DNA of 63,599 nucleotides, filler included. It is 7 parts of 7 records of this genome, joined end to end, with 100 filler letters (N's around TTAATTAATTAA, not from the genome) between each part and the next. Parts side by side here need not be neighbours in the genome. Positions count along the whole stretch, not along the records: positions 1 to 13,072 come from SRR31147125_30085; 6 more parts are not named here. One strand, written 5' to 3'. Shown one piece after another: positions 1-9,191 of this stretch; the first letter of the stretch is position 1; every line of letters starts with the position of its first letter. The notes under the pieces were generated by a model. It saw only the letters and a list, made by a program, of their open reading frames with translations, was not told the origin of the DNA and made no database searches. The position numbers and the translations under genes are program-made.

Positions 1-249
1 CCTAGCACTGCCGATTTCGAACTCAGAGATGGTTGGTCAATAAAATATCATATTAAACGATACAAAAAAATCATTGACAGAGCAATTAAATCAAATACAA
101 TATGCAGCCTTTGGTTTCATCCGTCCTTAAACCCAGAATTTGTTAATAAAGTACTACCAGATATATTCTCGCATATAGATAAAAATCGTGACAAAATTTA
201 CATTGCAACAACAGGTAATTATGCTAATTATTTGAACAATAAAAATTAA
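1..249 (+). CDS. 3' end of a putative polysaccharide deacetylase (CE4/NodB-like), truncated by window edge
   Basis: Frame 1 is open from base 1 to TAA at 247-249 (...IIDRAIKSNTICSLWFHPS...KIYIATTGNYANYLNNKN*). The LWFHP motif and polysaccharide-locus context fit a CE4-like C-terminus. Confidence 0.5.
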   Translation, partial: PSTADFELRDGWSIKYHIKRYKKIIDRAIKSNTICSLWFHPSLNPEFVNKVLPDIFSHIDKNRDKIYIATTGNYANYLNNKN

Positions 250-398
250 ATAATAAATAAAATCCCATATATTCTTATTTCATATTTCATTAACAAAACA
301 CACTATAAGTATTCTAATTTTTATTGTTGTTTTGACTAATATTATGTAAATTGTACATAGGAAAAGTCTGATCCTGAATAAATATTGAACACTAAACA

Positions 399-674
399 AT
401 GGTTATTAAAACGAAAATTGTAAGGTTATTGAAATTCCTTGCAAGAATCAAACTTTCATCGAAGGAGTATAAAGTTAGATTGATAATAAGCCTTATGCTA
501 AAAACAATATTTATTTTTATAATCCCATATTTTCTCATCATTTTCTTGTATAAAAATCCAATTGAATTCTCAATATTATTTGGTGCATATAATATCATTT
601 TACTTTTCATTCTCTATACTTTTTGGTGTAATAGTTACAAACATGTTCATAACAAAAACATCACTGGATGTTAA
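399..674 (+). CDS. small hypothetical membrane protein
   Basis: 91-aa ORF with two hydrophobic stretches, co-directional and 12 nt upstream of the next gene. No recognisable motif. Confidence 0.35.
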   Translation: MVIKTKIVRLLKFLARIKLSSKEYKVRLIISLMLKTIFIFIIPYFLIIFLYKNPIEFSILFGAYNIILLFILYTFWCNSYKHVHNKNITGC

Positions 675-686
675 TAGGCTAACAAA

Positions 687-2497
687 ATGATTAACGTAGA
701 AAACAAAACAGACTGTTGTGGATGTAATGCTTGTTATGATATTTGTTCTCATGATGCAATTAGCCTAGAGACAGATATTGAAGGTTTTTGGTATCCTCAA
801 GTCGATAATAATAAATGTACCGATTGTGGTTTATGTGAAGATACTTGTCCAATAATTCATTCAAATGAATTAAAGAGGAACGATTTTGATAAACCAATAA
901 CCTATGCCGCAATTCATAAAAATATAGAAATTAGGTTTGATAGTACTTCTGGTGGTCTTTTTTCTGCACTTGCCGAAAAAACATATAAAGACGGGGGGTA
1001 TGTAGGTGGAGCCATTTACAACGATGACTTTTCTGTAAGTCATTTTATATCAAACAACAAAAAAGATTTGGCTGCATTACGTAGTTCAAAATACCTACAA
1101 AGTGATGTAAATAACTTATACAGTAAAATAAAAAGATTACTTAAAGCAGATGAAAAGGTTCTAGTTTGCGGAACTCCATGTCAGATGGCAGCATTAAGGA
1201 GATTCTTAAAAAAGGATTATGAAAATTTAATAATAGTTGATTTTGTTTGCCGTGGTGTAAACTCCCCAAAAGTTTTTCATAAATACCTAGAATCAATAGA
1301 AAATAAAAAGGGATCTAAACTAACTTACTTAAAAGCAAAAAGCAAAGAATTGGGGTGGCGCAACCTTACCTGGAAATTTATTTTTGACAATGGCGAAAAT
1401 CTATTACAAACCGTTGATGAAAGTCTTTTTGCCCGTGGTTATTTACATACGAATGCTTATTGTAGACCTTCATGTTACGATTGTAAATTCAAAGATTTCC
1501 CTCGAATTGCAGATATAACTATTGCTGATTTCTGGGGAATTGAAAATGTTGATGAAACATTGGACAATGATTTAGGAACTTCAATGGTATTACTGAATTC
1601 TGAAAAAGGGAAAATATACTTTGAACAAATAAAATCAAAAATTCAGAGCAAAAAGTTCCATTCGAAACAATATTACCAGGCAATCCTGTTTTAATGTCTT
1701 CATTAAGTAGCCCTAAGGTTGATAGAGAAAAATTCTTTAAAGACCTTGACCAAGCTACATTTGACGAAGTAGCAGAGAAATACTTTCCATTTCCTGAGAC
1801 TACAATGAAACAACAAGTAAAGAACTTTGCAAGAGCAGTTAAAGTATTGATTCAGTACAGTAGGTTAAATCCAAAACCTCTTTTTCAATTTTTAAAATAC
1901 AATTTTTTAAAAAAGGGAGTAATAACAAACTGGAAAAGTGGCGGATTTTTAATCCCATCGCCCAATACTGTACTTCAGGTTGAAAAGGGGGCAACCATAA
2001 CTTGCAATGATATGTTTAGTTTTGGATACAAAAAAATCAAAAAGTCAAAATTAGAAAGTCGTCTATTAGTTGAACAAGGTGGAAAACTTCAGATAAATGG
2101 CGATTTTGAATTCTTTTACGGAGCAGATATTGAAGTATTTAAAAACGGAGAATTAATAATCGAAGGAAAAAATAGTGGTGCAAATATAAATTGCACAATA
2201 ATTTGTGCTAATAAGATAACAATAGGAAAAGGAGTTTTGATTGGCAGAAATGTAACCATCCGTGATAATAATGGTGGTCATTACGTAGCACGTCAGGGCT
2301 ATAAAAATTCCCGACCTGTAAAAATTGGTGACAGGGCATGGATTGGTGAAGGTAGTACAATTATGTCTGGAGTTAAGATTGGCAACGGCGCCATTATAGG
2401 AGCCAACTCCCTGGTTATTAACAATATTCCTGCGAATACTTTAGCAATGGGGAATCCTGCCAAAGTTATTGACACAAACATTATTTATAAAACTTAA
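687..2497 (+). CDS. 4Fe-4S dicluster/FrhB-FdhB C-terminal-like oxidoreductase fused to a left-handed beta-helix acyltransferase (split by a 1-nt frameshift at the A-run 1650-1654)
   Basis: ORF 687-1694 has CCGCNACYDIC and CTDCGLCEDTCP ferredoxin motifs plus STSGG, GTPCQ, CRG, RPSCYDC and DITIADFWG. ORF 1694-2497 has hexapeptide repeats (KIGDRAWIGEGSTIMSGVKIGNGAIIGA...MGNPAK). Adding one A gives continuous ...SKKVPFETILPGNPVLMSSLSSPKVDREKFF. Confidence 0.8.
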
Positions 2498-2524
2498 AAA
2501 TATTAACACCTAAAAACTAAAAAA

Positions 2525-2755
2525 ATGGAAATAAAAAAATTTATCGAAAAATTTGCAGAATTATTTGAAGAAACACCCGTGGAAGATTTTAAAGCAGACA
2601 CAGAATTCCGAGAATTTGAAGAATGGGGCTCACTTACAGCATTAGCTGTAATTGCAATGGTTGATGAGGAATATGGAGTAAATATCAAAGCAGAAGATAT
2701 AAGAAGTGTAGATACTATTGAAGAACTGCACAACCTTGCAGAAACCAAATCATAA
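2525..2755 (+). CDS. acyl carrier protein (polysaccharide-locus type)
   Basis: 76-aa acidic protein with EEWGSL phosphopantetheine-Ser motif and T(I)EEL C-terminal helix. Confidence 0.85.
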   Translation: MEIKKFIEKFAELFEETPVEDFKADTEFREFEEWGSLTALAVIAMVDEEYGVNIKAEDIRSVDTIEELHNLAETKS

Positions 2756-2766
2756 CAATCGGTAGA

Positions 2767-3525
2767 ATGATAAACTCAAATTACAATCCTTATTCCCTTA
2801 TAAATAAAAAAATACTAGTTACTGGTGCATCCTCAGGAATAGGGAGAGCTACTTCTATTGAATGTTCAAAACTTGGTGCTTCTGTAATCATAACAGGAAG
2901 AAATAAAGAAAGATTAAATGAAACTTTTAATCAGTTAGAAGGTTCAGGACATATTCAAATCATTGCCGATTTAACAATTTCTGATGATCGCGATATGTTA
3001 ACCAACGAGCTTCCCACAATAGATGGTTGTGTTCAAAATGCCGGAATGGTGAAAACAGTTCTCACGCAATTTCTAACCGAACAAAGTTTGAGTGATGTTA
3101 TTCAAATCAATACAATTGCACCAATATTACTTACGCAACAGTTAGTAAAGCGTAAAAAAATAGTTAAAAATGCATCCATTGTATTTACCTCCAGTATATC
3201 AGGAACCATGGTTTCTTCGTATGGCAATGTTTTATACTCTACCTCAAAAGGAGCAATAAATGGTTTTGTGAAAAATGCAGCTTTAGACCTGGCACAAAAA
3301 AATATTCGTGTAAATACTGTTATTCCCGGAATGATAGAAACAGAAATATTTCACGAGGGTGTAATTAGTAGCGATCAGTTAAAAGAAGATGCTAAAAAAT
3401 ACCCATTAAAAAGGCATGGAAAACCAGAGGAAGTAGCTTTTGCAATTATTTATCTATTATCCGATGCATCATCATGGGTTACTGGCTCTAATTTATTAAT
3501 TGACGGTGGCCTAACTATTCTATAG
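2767..3525 (+). CDS. SDR family oxidoreductase (FabG-like ketoacyl-ACP reductase)
   Basis: TGASSGIG, NAG, YSTSK catalytic motif, IRVN and DGG. Confidence 0.9.
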   Translation: MINSNYNPYSLINKKILVTGASSGIGRATSIECSKLGASVIITGRNKERLNETFNQLEGSGHIQIIADLTISDDRDMLTNELPTIDGCVQNAGMVKTVLTQFLTEQSLSDVIQINTIAPILLTQQLVKRKKIVKNASIVFTSSISGTMVSSYGNVLYSTSKGAINGFVKNAALDLAQKNIRVNTVIPGMIETEIFHEGVISSDQLKEDAKKYPLKRHGKPEEVAFAIIYLLSDASSWVTGSNLLIDGGLTIL

Positions 3526-3627
3526 ATAATATTATATACCTGCGCAAATAATTATAATCACACGCATTGATATGTTTTATGTGCAAATATTAAGTTTCTT
3601 AAGACAACTCAAAATAAACAATTAAAC

Positions 3628-4632
3628 ATGAAAGACATATACCTTAAAGCTTTATCAATTCACCTTCCTGAAAAAATTTTAACAAACGAAGAATTAACTC
3701 AGGAATTCCCGGAATGGACCGTTGAAAAGATTGCAACTAAAGTAGGAATTAACAGTCGACATATTGCCGGCAAAAATGAGACTGCAGGTGATTTAGCCGA
3801 AAAAGCGGCGTTAAATTTATTCAAAAACTGGGATATTAAACCGGAAGATGTTGATTTCCTTTTATTTTGCACTCAAAGTCCAGATTATTTTCTTCCAACT
3901 ACTGCATGTACATTACAGCACAAATTAAATATTCCAATAACCAGTGGCGCGTTGGATTATAATTTAGGCTGTTCTGGTTTCATTTATGGTCTTTTAATAG
4001 CTAAAGGACTTATTATTAGTGGTGGTGCAAAAAATGTTCTGATTTTAACTTCCGAAACTTTATCTAAACATTTACATCCAAAAGACAAAGGTAATAGAAC
4101 TATTCTTGCTGATGGGGCATCAGCTACTTTGATATCTGATGAAGGATTTGCAAAAATTGGTGAGTTTAACTTAGGAACTGATGGAAAAGGCGCAGAAAAC
4201 TTAATGATTAAAACAGGAGGAATGAAGCATAAAAGTCCTTTAAATGAAGAATCTGTTGACGGAAATGGTGCACCAAAATATTCTGATTATTTATATATGA
4301 ATGGCTCAGAAATATTCTCATTTGCTCAAGAAAAAGTGCCTATTGTTGTAAATGAAACACTATCCAAAAATCAACTACAAAAATCAGATATTGACCTATT
4401 CATCTTTCATCAAGCTAACAAATTTATGCTAGATTTTCTAAGAAAGAAAATTAAAATTGAAAAAGATAAATTTTACATATGCATTGAAAATGTAGGAAAT
4501 ACTAGTTCATCTTCAATTCCTATTGCTCTTGATAAAGCACTCAAAGAAAACAAAATCAAAAATGGAGATAAAGTTCTCATTACTGGATTTGGAGTAGGAT
4601 ATTCTTGGGGAGGAACTATTTTAACTTTCTAA
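3628..4632 (+). CDS. 3-oxoacyl-ACP synthase III family (FabH-like)
   Basis: Catalytic triad motifs LGCSGF, HQAN and GNTSSSS, plus GFGVGYSWG. Confidence 0.9.
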   Translation: MKDIYLKALSIHLPEKILTNEELTQEFPEWTVEKIATKVGINSRHIAGKNETAGDLAEKAALNLFKNWDIKPEDVDFLLFCTQSPDYFLPTTACTLQHKLNIPITSGALDYNLGCSGFIYGLLIAKGLIISGGAKNVLILTSETLSKHLHPKDKGNRTILADGASATLISDEGFAKIGEFNLGTDGKGAENLMIKTGGMKHKSPLNEESVDGNGAPKYSDYLYMNGSEIFSFAQEKVPIVVNETLSKNQLQKSDIDLFIFHQANKFMLDFLRKKIKIEKDKFYICIENVGNTSSSSIPIALDKALKENKIKNGDKVLITGFGVGYSWGGTILTF

Positions 4633-4670
4633 TATATCTGAAAGTTAATTAAAATAACACTTTAACCACA

Positions 4671-5246
4671 TTGCATTTACATACAATAATTAATAAAGTT
4701 TTTCAATCAAAGACATATATTTTGTCAACATTGAAAACTAGAGAAGCTTGGTTAATTGATTGTGGTGATTACCAACCAATAATCGAATATATTACAAAAA
4801 ACCACCTTAATTTAAAAGGTATCCTGATTACACATTCCCATTTCGATCATATTTATGGCCTAAATGAGGTGAAAAAATATTATCCTAATGCACAAATTTA
4901 CATCTCTGCAAAAGGAGGAGTTGGATTATACGATGAATATCAAAACTTATCAAAATTTAATGACCACCCCTGGGTATATAAATTTGATAACATTAATATA
5001 ATAACAGAAGATACTGAGTTACATGTTTTAGGCAACTGTTTAAAAATATACTATACTCCAGGCCATGATATTAGTAGTCTATCTTTTAAGATTAATAATT
5101 TTTTATTTACTGGAGATTCTTTAATACCAGGGATTAAAACTTTTACTAATTGGCCATTAAGTGAAAAGCAAAAAGCTATAGAATCTGAAGAGAAAATATC
5201 GAAAATGGTTTTATATGAAAATCTTCAAATTAAAGCCGGACATTGA
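4671..5246 (+). CDS. metallo-beta-lactamase-fold hydrolase (glyoxalase II-like)
   Basis: THSHFDH, TPGH, FTGD and C-terminal GH motifs. TTG start is uncertain. Confidence 0.85.
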   Translation: MHLHTIINKVFQSKTYILSTLKTREAWLIDCGDYQPIIEYITKNHLNLKGILITHSHFDHIYGLNEVKKYYPNAQIYISAKGGVGLYDEYQNLSKFNDHPWVYKFDNINIITEDTELHVLGNCLKIYYTPGHDISSLSFKINNFLFTGDSLIPGIKTFTNWPLSEKQKAIESEEKISKMVLYENLQIKAGH

Positions 5247-5396
5247 GACTGATGATTTGCTTTAATTTGTTCTATTTATGCAATATTTTCTCGCTTCCAA
5301 CTCGTGGCTTATTTATAAAAAGAATCATCAAAACCTTCCAAAATTTCCAAAGAAAATTTATTCCAACTTACCACTTTTAAATTCACTCAGTAAATA

Positions 5397-6836
5397 ATGA
5401 TATTTAATTCAATAGATTTTGCTTTTTTCTTACCAATAGTCTTTATTCTCTATTGGTTTATTACGTATAAAAATCTTAAGTTACAAAACCTATTAATAGT
5501 AATAGCAAGTTATGTCTTTTATGGCTGGTGGGATTGGAGGTTTTTATCCTTGATAATTTTTAGTAGCATTGTTGATTATTCAATAGGATTAAAACTGACA
5601 TATGTTGAAAACCAAGTTAAACGTAAAGCTCTTTTATGGACAAGTATACTGGTAAATTTAGGATTTCTTGGATTTTTTAAATATTACAATTTTTTCCTTG
5701 ACAACTTTGTATCGGCTTTTTCATTTTTCGGAAAAGAAGTTAAAGCTAACTCCTTAAATATAATTCTTCCCGTTGGCATTAGTTTTTACACTTTTCAGAC
5801 TTTGAGTTATACTATTGATATTTACAAGCAAAAACTTTCTCCAACGAAAGATTTTATTGCATTTGCAGCTTTTGTAAGTTTCTTTCCTCAGCTAGTTGCA
5901 GGGCCAATTGAAAGAGCATCCCATTTGTTACCTCAATTTTACAAAAAAAGACACTTTGAATATGCAAAAGCTGCTGACGGTTTGCGTCAAATTCTATGGG
6001 GATTACTAAAAAAAATAGTCATTGCAGATAATTGTGCCGAATTTGCCAATATAATATTCAACAATTCTGCAGATATGAATGGAAGTACCCTCATATTAGG
6101 TGCAATTTTATTTTCATTCCAGATTTATTGTGATTTTTCAGGTTATTCCGATATTGCTATTGGAACCTCCAGGCTTTTTGGCTTTGACCTAATGCAAAAT
6201 TTTTCATTCCCATATTTTTCAAGAGATATTTCTGAATTTTGGAGGCGTTGGCATATATCGCTTTCCACCTGGTTTAGAGACTATTTATATATTCCTCTTG
6301 GTGGAAGCAGAGGTAACACTTTAATGAAAATTAGGAATACATTTATTATTTTTATTGTAAGTGGATTTTGGCATGGTGCAAACTGGACATTTATTATCTG
6401 GGGGGCATTAAATGCTGTTTACTTTTTACCTTTATTATTGACTAAAAACAACCGAAATTATATTGATACGGTAGCAAAGGACAAATTAATCCCTACTTTC
6501 AAAGAATTTGTATTAATGCTGACAACCTTTGGTTTAACAGTTTTTGCATGGATATTTTTTAGAGCTGAAAATATGGAACATGCAATTAGCTATATTTCTA
6601 AAATATTTTCTGGCTCTATTTTTCATACTCCAGAAGTAATTATCCCCAAAAAATTTATACTTATATTTTTAATTTTTATTAGCCTAGAATGGTTAGGGCG
6701 TGAAAATAAATATGCATTGGAAAAATTAGCTTTAACCTGGAATAGAACATTTAGGTTTGCACTTTACTACACTATTATATTTGTAATTTTCTGGTATGGT
6801 GGTAACGAACAAGAATTTATCTATTTTCAATTCTAA
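5397..6836 (+). CDS. MBOAT family O-acyltransferase (AlgI/DltB-like)
   Basis: LPVGISFYTFQ, FFPQLVAGPIER, DFSGYSD, FWRRWHISLSTWFRDYLYIPLGG, GFWHGANW and C-terminal FIYFQF. Confidence 0.95.
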   Translation: MIFNSIDFAFFLPIVFILYWFITYKNLKLQNLLIVIASYVFYGWWDWRFLSLIIFSSIVDYSIGLKLTYVENQVKRKALLWTSILVNLGFLGFFKYYNFFLDNFVSAFSFFGKEVKANSLNIILPVGISFYTFQTLSYTIDIYKQKLSPTKDFIAFAAFVSFFPQLVAGPIERASHLLPQFYKKRHFEYAKAADGLRQILWGLLKKIVIADNCAEFANIIFNNSADMNGSTLILGAILFSFQIYCDFSGYSDIAIGTSRLFGFDLMQNFSFPYFSRDISEFWRRWHISLSTWFRDYLYIPLGGSRGNTLMKIRNTFIIFIVSGFWHGANWTFIIWGALNAVYFLPLLLTKNNRNYIDTVAKDKLIPTFKEFVLMLTTFGLTVFAWIFFRAENMEHAISYISKIFSGSIFHTPEVIIPKKFILIFLIFISLEWLGRENKYALEKLALTWNRTFRFALYYTIIFVIFWYGGNEQEFIYFQF

Positions 6837-6850
6837 ATGAGAAATCTAGT

Positions 6851-7777
6851 ATGAAAAGATTTATAAAAACGTTATCGGCATTTACTTTAATATTTTGCAT
6901 ATTATTTACCGCTTCTTTTTTTTACAGAATAGAGCGGACAAGAAATATTTCATGGAATTTACCAAAAGAAATACATACATTATTTATGGGTGCTTCCCAT
7001 ATACATCATGGTATTAACGATACTATTTTTAAAGGAAGTATTAATCTGGCTCATACTTCAGAACGCTATTTATTTACTTATTTAAAAATGAAAAACATAC
7101 TGGAAAACAACAATCATATAGATACAATTTTTTTAGAATTTGCCCCAACAGATATCTGGGAAAATACAGATTACAAATACTATTCTGCAAATGAAATGAG
7201 CTTCTTTTTACCATTATATTTCCCATATTTTACAAAAGATGAGTGGAATATATATGCAAATATGGACAAACTGCAAGTTGCTACTTTATTAATTCAAAAA
7301 GTTCTTAAAGATATTCCTCAGAGCATGTACTCTTTTGGCCGGTTTGCTCCACTAAATCATATTTTTGATAGAGAAAAAGATAAATATCAAGGAGGAACTT
7401 TTATTGAGAAAGGTAACTCAATTAATTATGAATATCTTAAAAAGATTATTCATCTCTGCAAAGTAAAAGATTTAAAATTATATTTTCTATACATGCCAAT
7501 GTATAATCCACAAGAATTTTATGACCAAGACTATTTTTACAATGAATACAAGAATCACTTTTCAGAAGTTGATTTATTAGACTATTGCAATTGGAATTGT
7601 CCTGATTATTACCGTGCTGACGAACATCACTTAAATATTCATGGGGCAAATAACTTTACTACGTATTTATTTAACGATTCTTCACTTAAGAAAGAGTCTT
7701 CCATTCTCAAAATAGCAAAAAAAACTATAAATAAAAATCCGACACACATAGATATGGGCATGTTATCAGGTAAATAG
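6851..7777 (+). CDS. SGNH-like periplasmic partner of the MBOAT (AlgJ/DltD-like)
   Basis: N-terminal membrane anchor, GASH block-I-like motif and C-terminal DEHHLN (DxxH) motif. Lies directly downstream of the MBOAT. Confidence 0.65.
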   Translation: MKRFIKTLSAFTLIFCILFTASFFYRIERTRNISWNLPKEIHTLFMGASHIHHGINDTIFKGSINLAHTSERYLFTYLKMKNILENNNHIDTIFLEFAPTDIWENTDYKYYSANEMSFFLPLYFPYFTKDEWNIYANMDKLQVATLLIQKVLKDIPQSMYSFGRFAPLNHIFDREKDKYQGGTFIEKGNSINYEYLKKIIHLCKVKDLKLYFLYMPMYNPQEFYDQDYFYNEYKNHFSEVDLLDYCNWNCPDYYRADEHHLNIHGANNFTTYLFNDSSLKKESSILKIAKKTINKNPTHIDMGMLSGK

Positions 7778-7850
7778 CATTAGAAACTCAAAGAGTAAAT
7801 ATTTGTTGCCAATTTTTTACATATCATCAAATAAAAAACACTATTAAACA

Positions 7851-8930
7851 ATGAGTAAATCTATTATAACAGAAAGAAGATATGATATTGATTGGATTAG
7901 AGTAATAGCAATTGCACTACTCGTAATATATCATGGTTCCAATTCATTTCGTCCAGATGCAAAAGAATATAAATTCATACAATCCGACGAATCTTTGGAA
8001 ATTCTTTGGGTTGTAATGTCACTAATAAAAGTATGGAGAATACCTATACTGTTTTTTATTTCAGGTATGGGGGTATATTTCTCCATTAACAGAAGAAATT
8101 GGAAGTTACTAATTCTTGAAAGATCAAGAAGAATACTTATACCTTTAATTTTTGGTTACTTATTTATTGTACCCTTACATGTTTTAATTTTCCAAAAATA
8201 TTATAATCAAGATTTAAAATATTTTGATGGTCTTGCCTATGGATTTGCTCATTTATGGTTTTTGGCTAATATTTTTGGGTATGTCATCCTGCTATCTCCA
8301 ATATTTTTCATATTTAAACAAAATTATAATAGTTGGATATTTAATATTTCAAGGACTATAATGAGATTCCCATTAAGTATCTATCTATTTATAATACCCT
8401 TTATTCTGGAGGTTTTAGTATTCAAACCATATGTGTATGGACATTTTTTATTTACTACGCATGGTTTTATTCTAGGATTTATGGCTTTCTTTTTTGGTTT
8501 CTATTTTGTTGCACTTGGAAACGAATTCTGGAGTAACCTCAATAAACTCAAATTTTTAAATCTCATTCTGGCATTTAGTCTATATCTTTTGCGCTTAATA
8601 AAATTCGATTATGAAGCTCCTATATATCTAACATCAATTGAAATGATGTTGTGGATTTTTACAATTTTTGGATTAGGTTATTCCTACTTAAATAATTATA
8701 GCCCATTGATTAGTTATTTGAGTAAAGCTGCATATCCCATTTATATTATTCACATGGTTTCTCAATACCTTTCAGATTATTTAATATTTCCTTTGAATTT
8801 AAATATCTGGATAAAATATGTTGCAGTAATTATTCTCAGTTTTTTATTTTCTTTTGTTTTATATGAATTTGCCATAAACAGAATCAATTTTATGAGACCA
8901 TTATTCGGTTTGAAATATAATGCAAAATAA
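7851..8930 (+). CDS. acyltransferase family 3 membrane protein (MdoC-like)
   Basis: RRYDIDWIRVIA, LFFISG, ERSRRILIP, HLWFL and YPIYIIH motifs. Multi-pass hydrophobic protein. Confidence 0.85.
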   Translation: MSKSIITERRYDIDWIRVIAIALLVIYHGSNSFRPDAKEYKFIQSDESLEILWVVMSLIKVWRIPILFFISGMGVYFSINRRNWKLLILERSRRILIPLIFGYLFIVPLHVLIFQKYYNQDLKYFDGLAYGFAHLWFLANIFGYVILLSPIFFIFKQNYNSWIFNISRTIMRFPLSIYLFIIPFILEVLVFKPYVYGHFLFTTHGFILGFMAFFFGFYFVALGNEFWSNLNKLKFLNLILAFSLYLLRLIKFDYEAPIYLTSIEMMLWIFTIFGLGYSYLNNYSPLISYLSKAAYPIYIIHMVSQYLSDYLIFPLNLNIWIKYVAVIILSFLFSFVLYEFAINRINFMRPLFGLKYNAK

Positions 8931-9025
8931 AATTGAGCTTATAATGATTTGAAAAGTTTCACAATATCTAAATACAAATAATTTACCATAAAATAGCAAA
9001 TCTTTCTCTACCACGTGTTATGTAT

Positions 9026-9169
9026 GAGGGTGTTAAAAAAGTAGTTTATTTCTCGCATTAGTCGCAAAAACACTAAAACATAAAGTTTTGAATATATTTA
9101 GTAATCTTTTCTTGTTTTTGCAAAAAATTTGGCGTGCCTTTGCGAGAAACCTTCTTTTTAGACAGCTTC
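9026..9169. repeat. MITE/REP-like palindromic intergenic element
   Basis: Outer imperfect inverted repeats GAGGGTGTTAAAAAAG (9026-9041) and CTTTTTAGACAGCTTC (9154-9169) match 12/16. Inner perfect IR TTTCTCGCA (9049-9057) / TGCGAGAAA (9141-9149). Confidence 0.5.
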
Positions 9170-9191
9170 TTTGAAATAGAAGATTAAACGA

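Noticed and set aside
687-1694. FrhB-like gene as evidence of F420 metabolism or methanogenesis
   Set aside because: This family is common in bacterial polysaccharide loci, and no hydrogenase or F420 genes are present.
4671-5246. MBL-fold gene as an antibiotic-resistance beta-lactamase
   Set aside because: No signal peptide; glyoxalase II-like motifs and an ACP/KAS III context.
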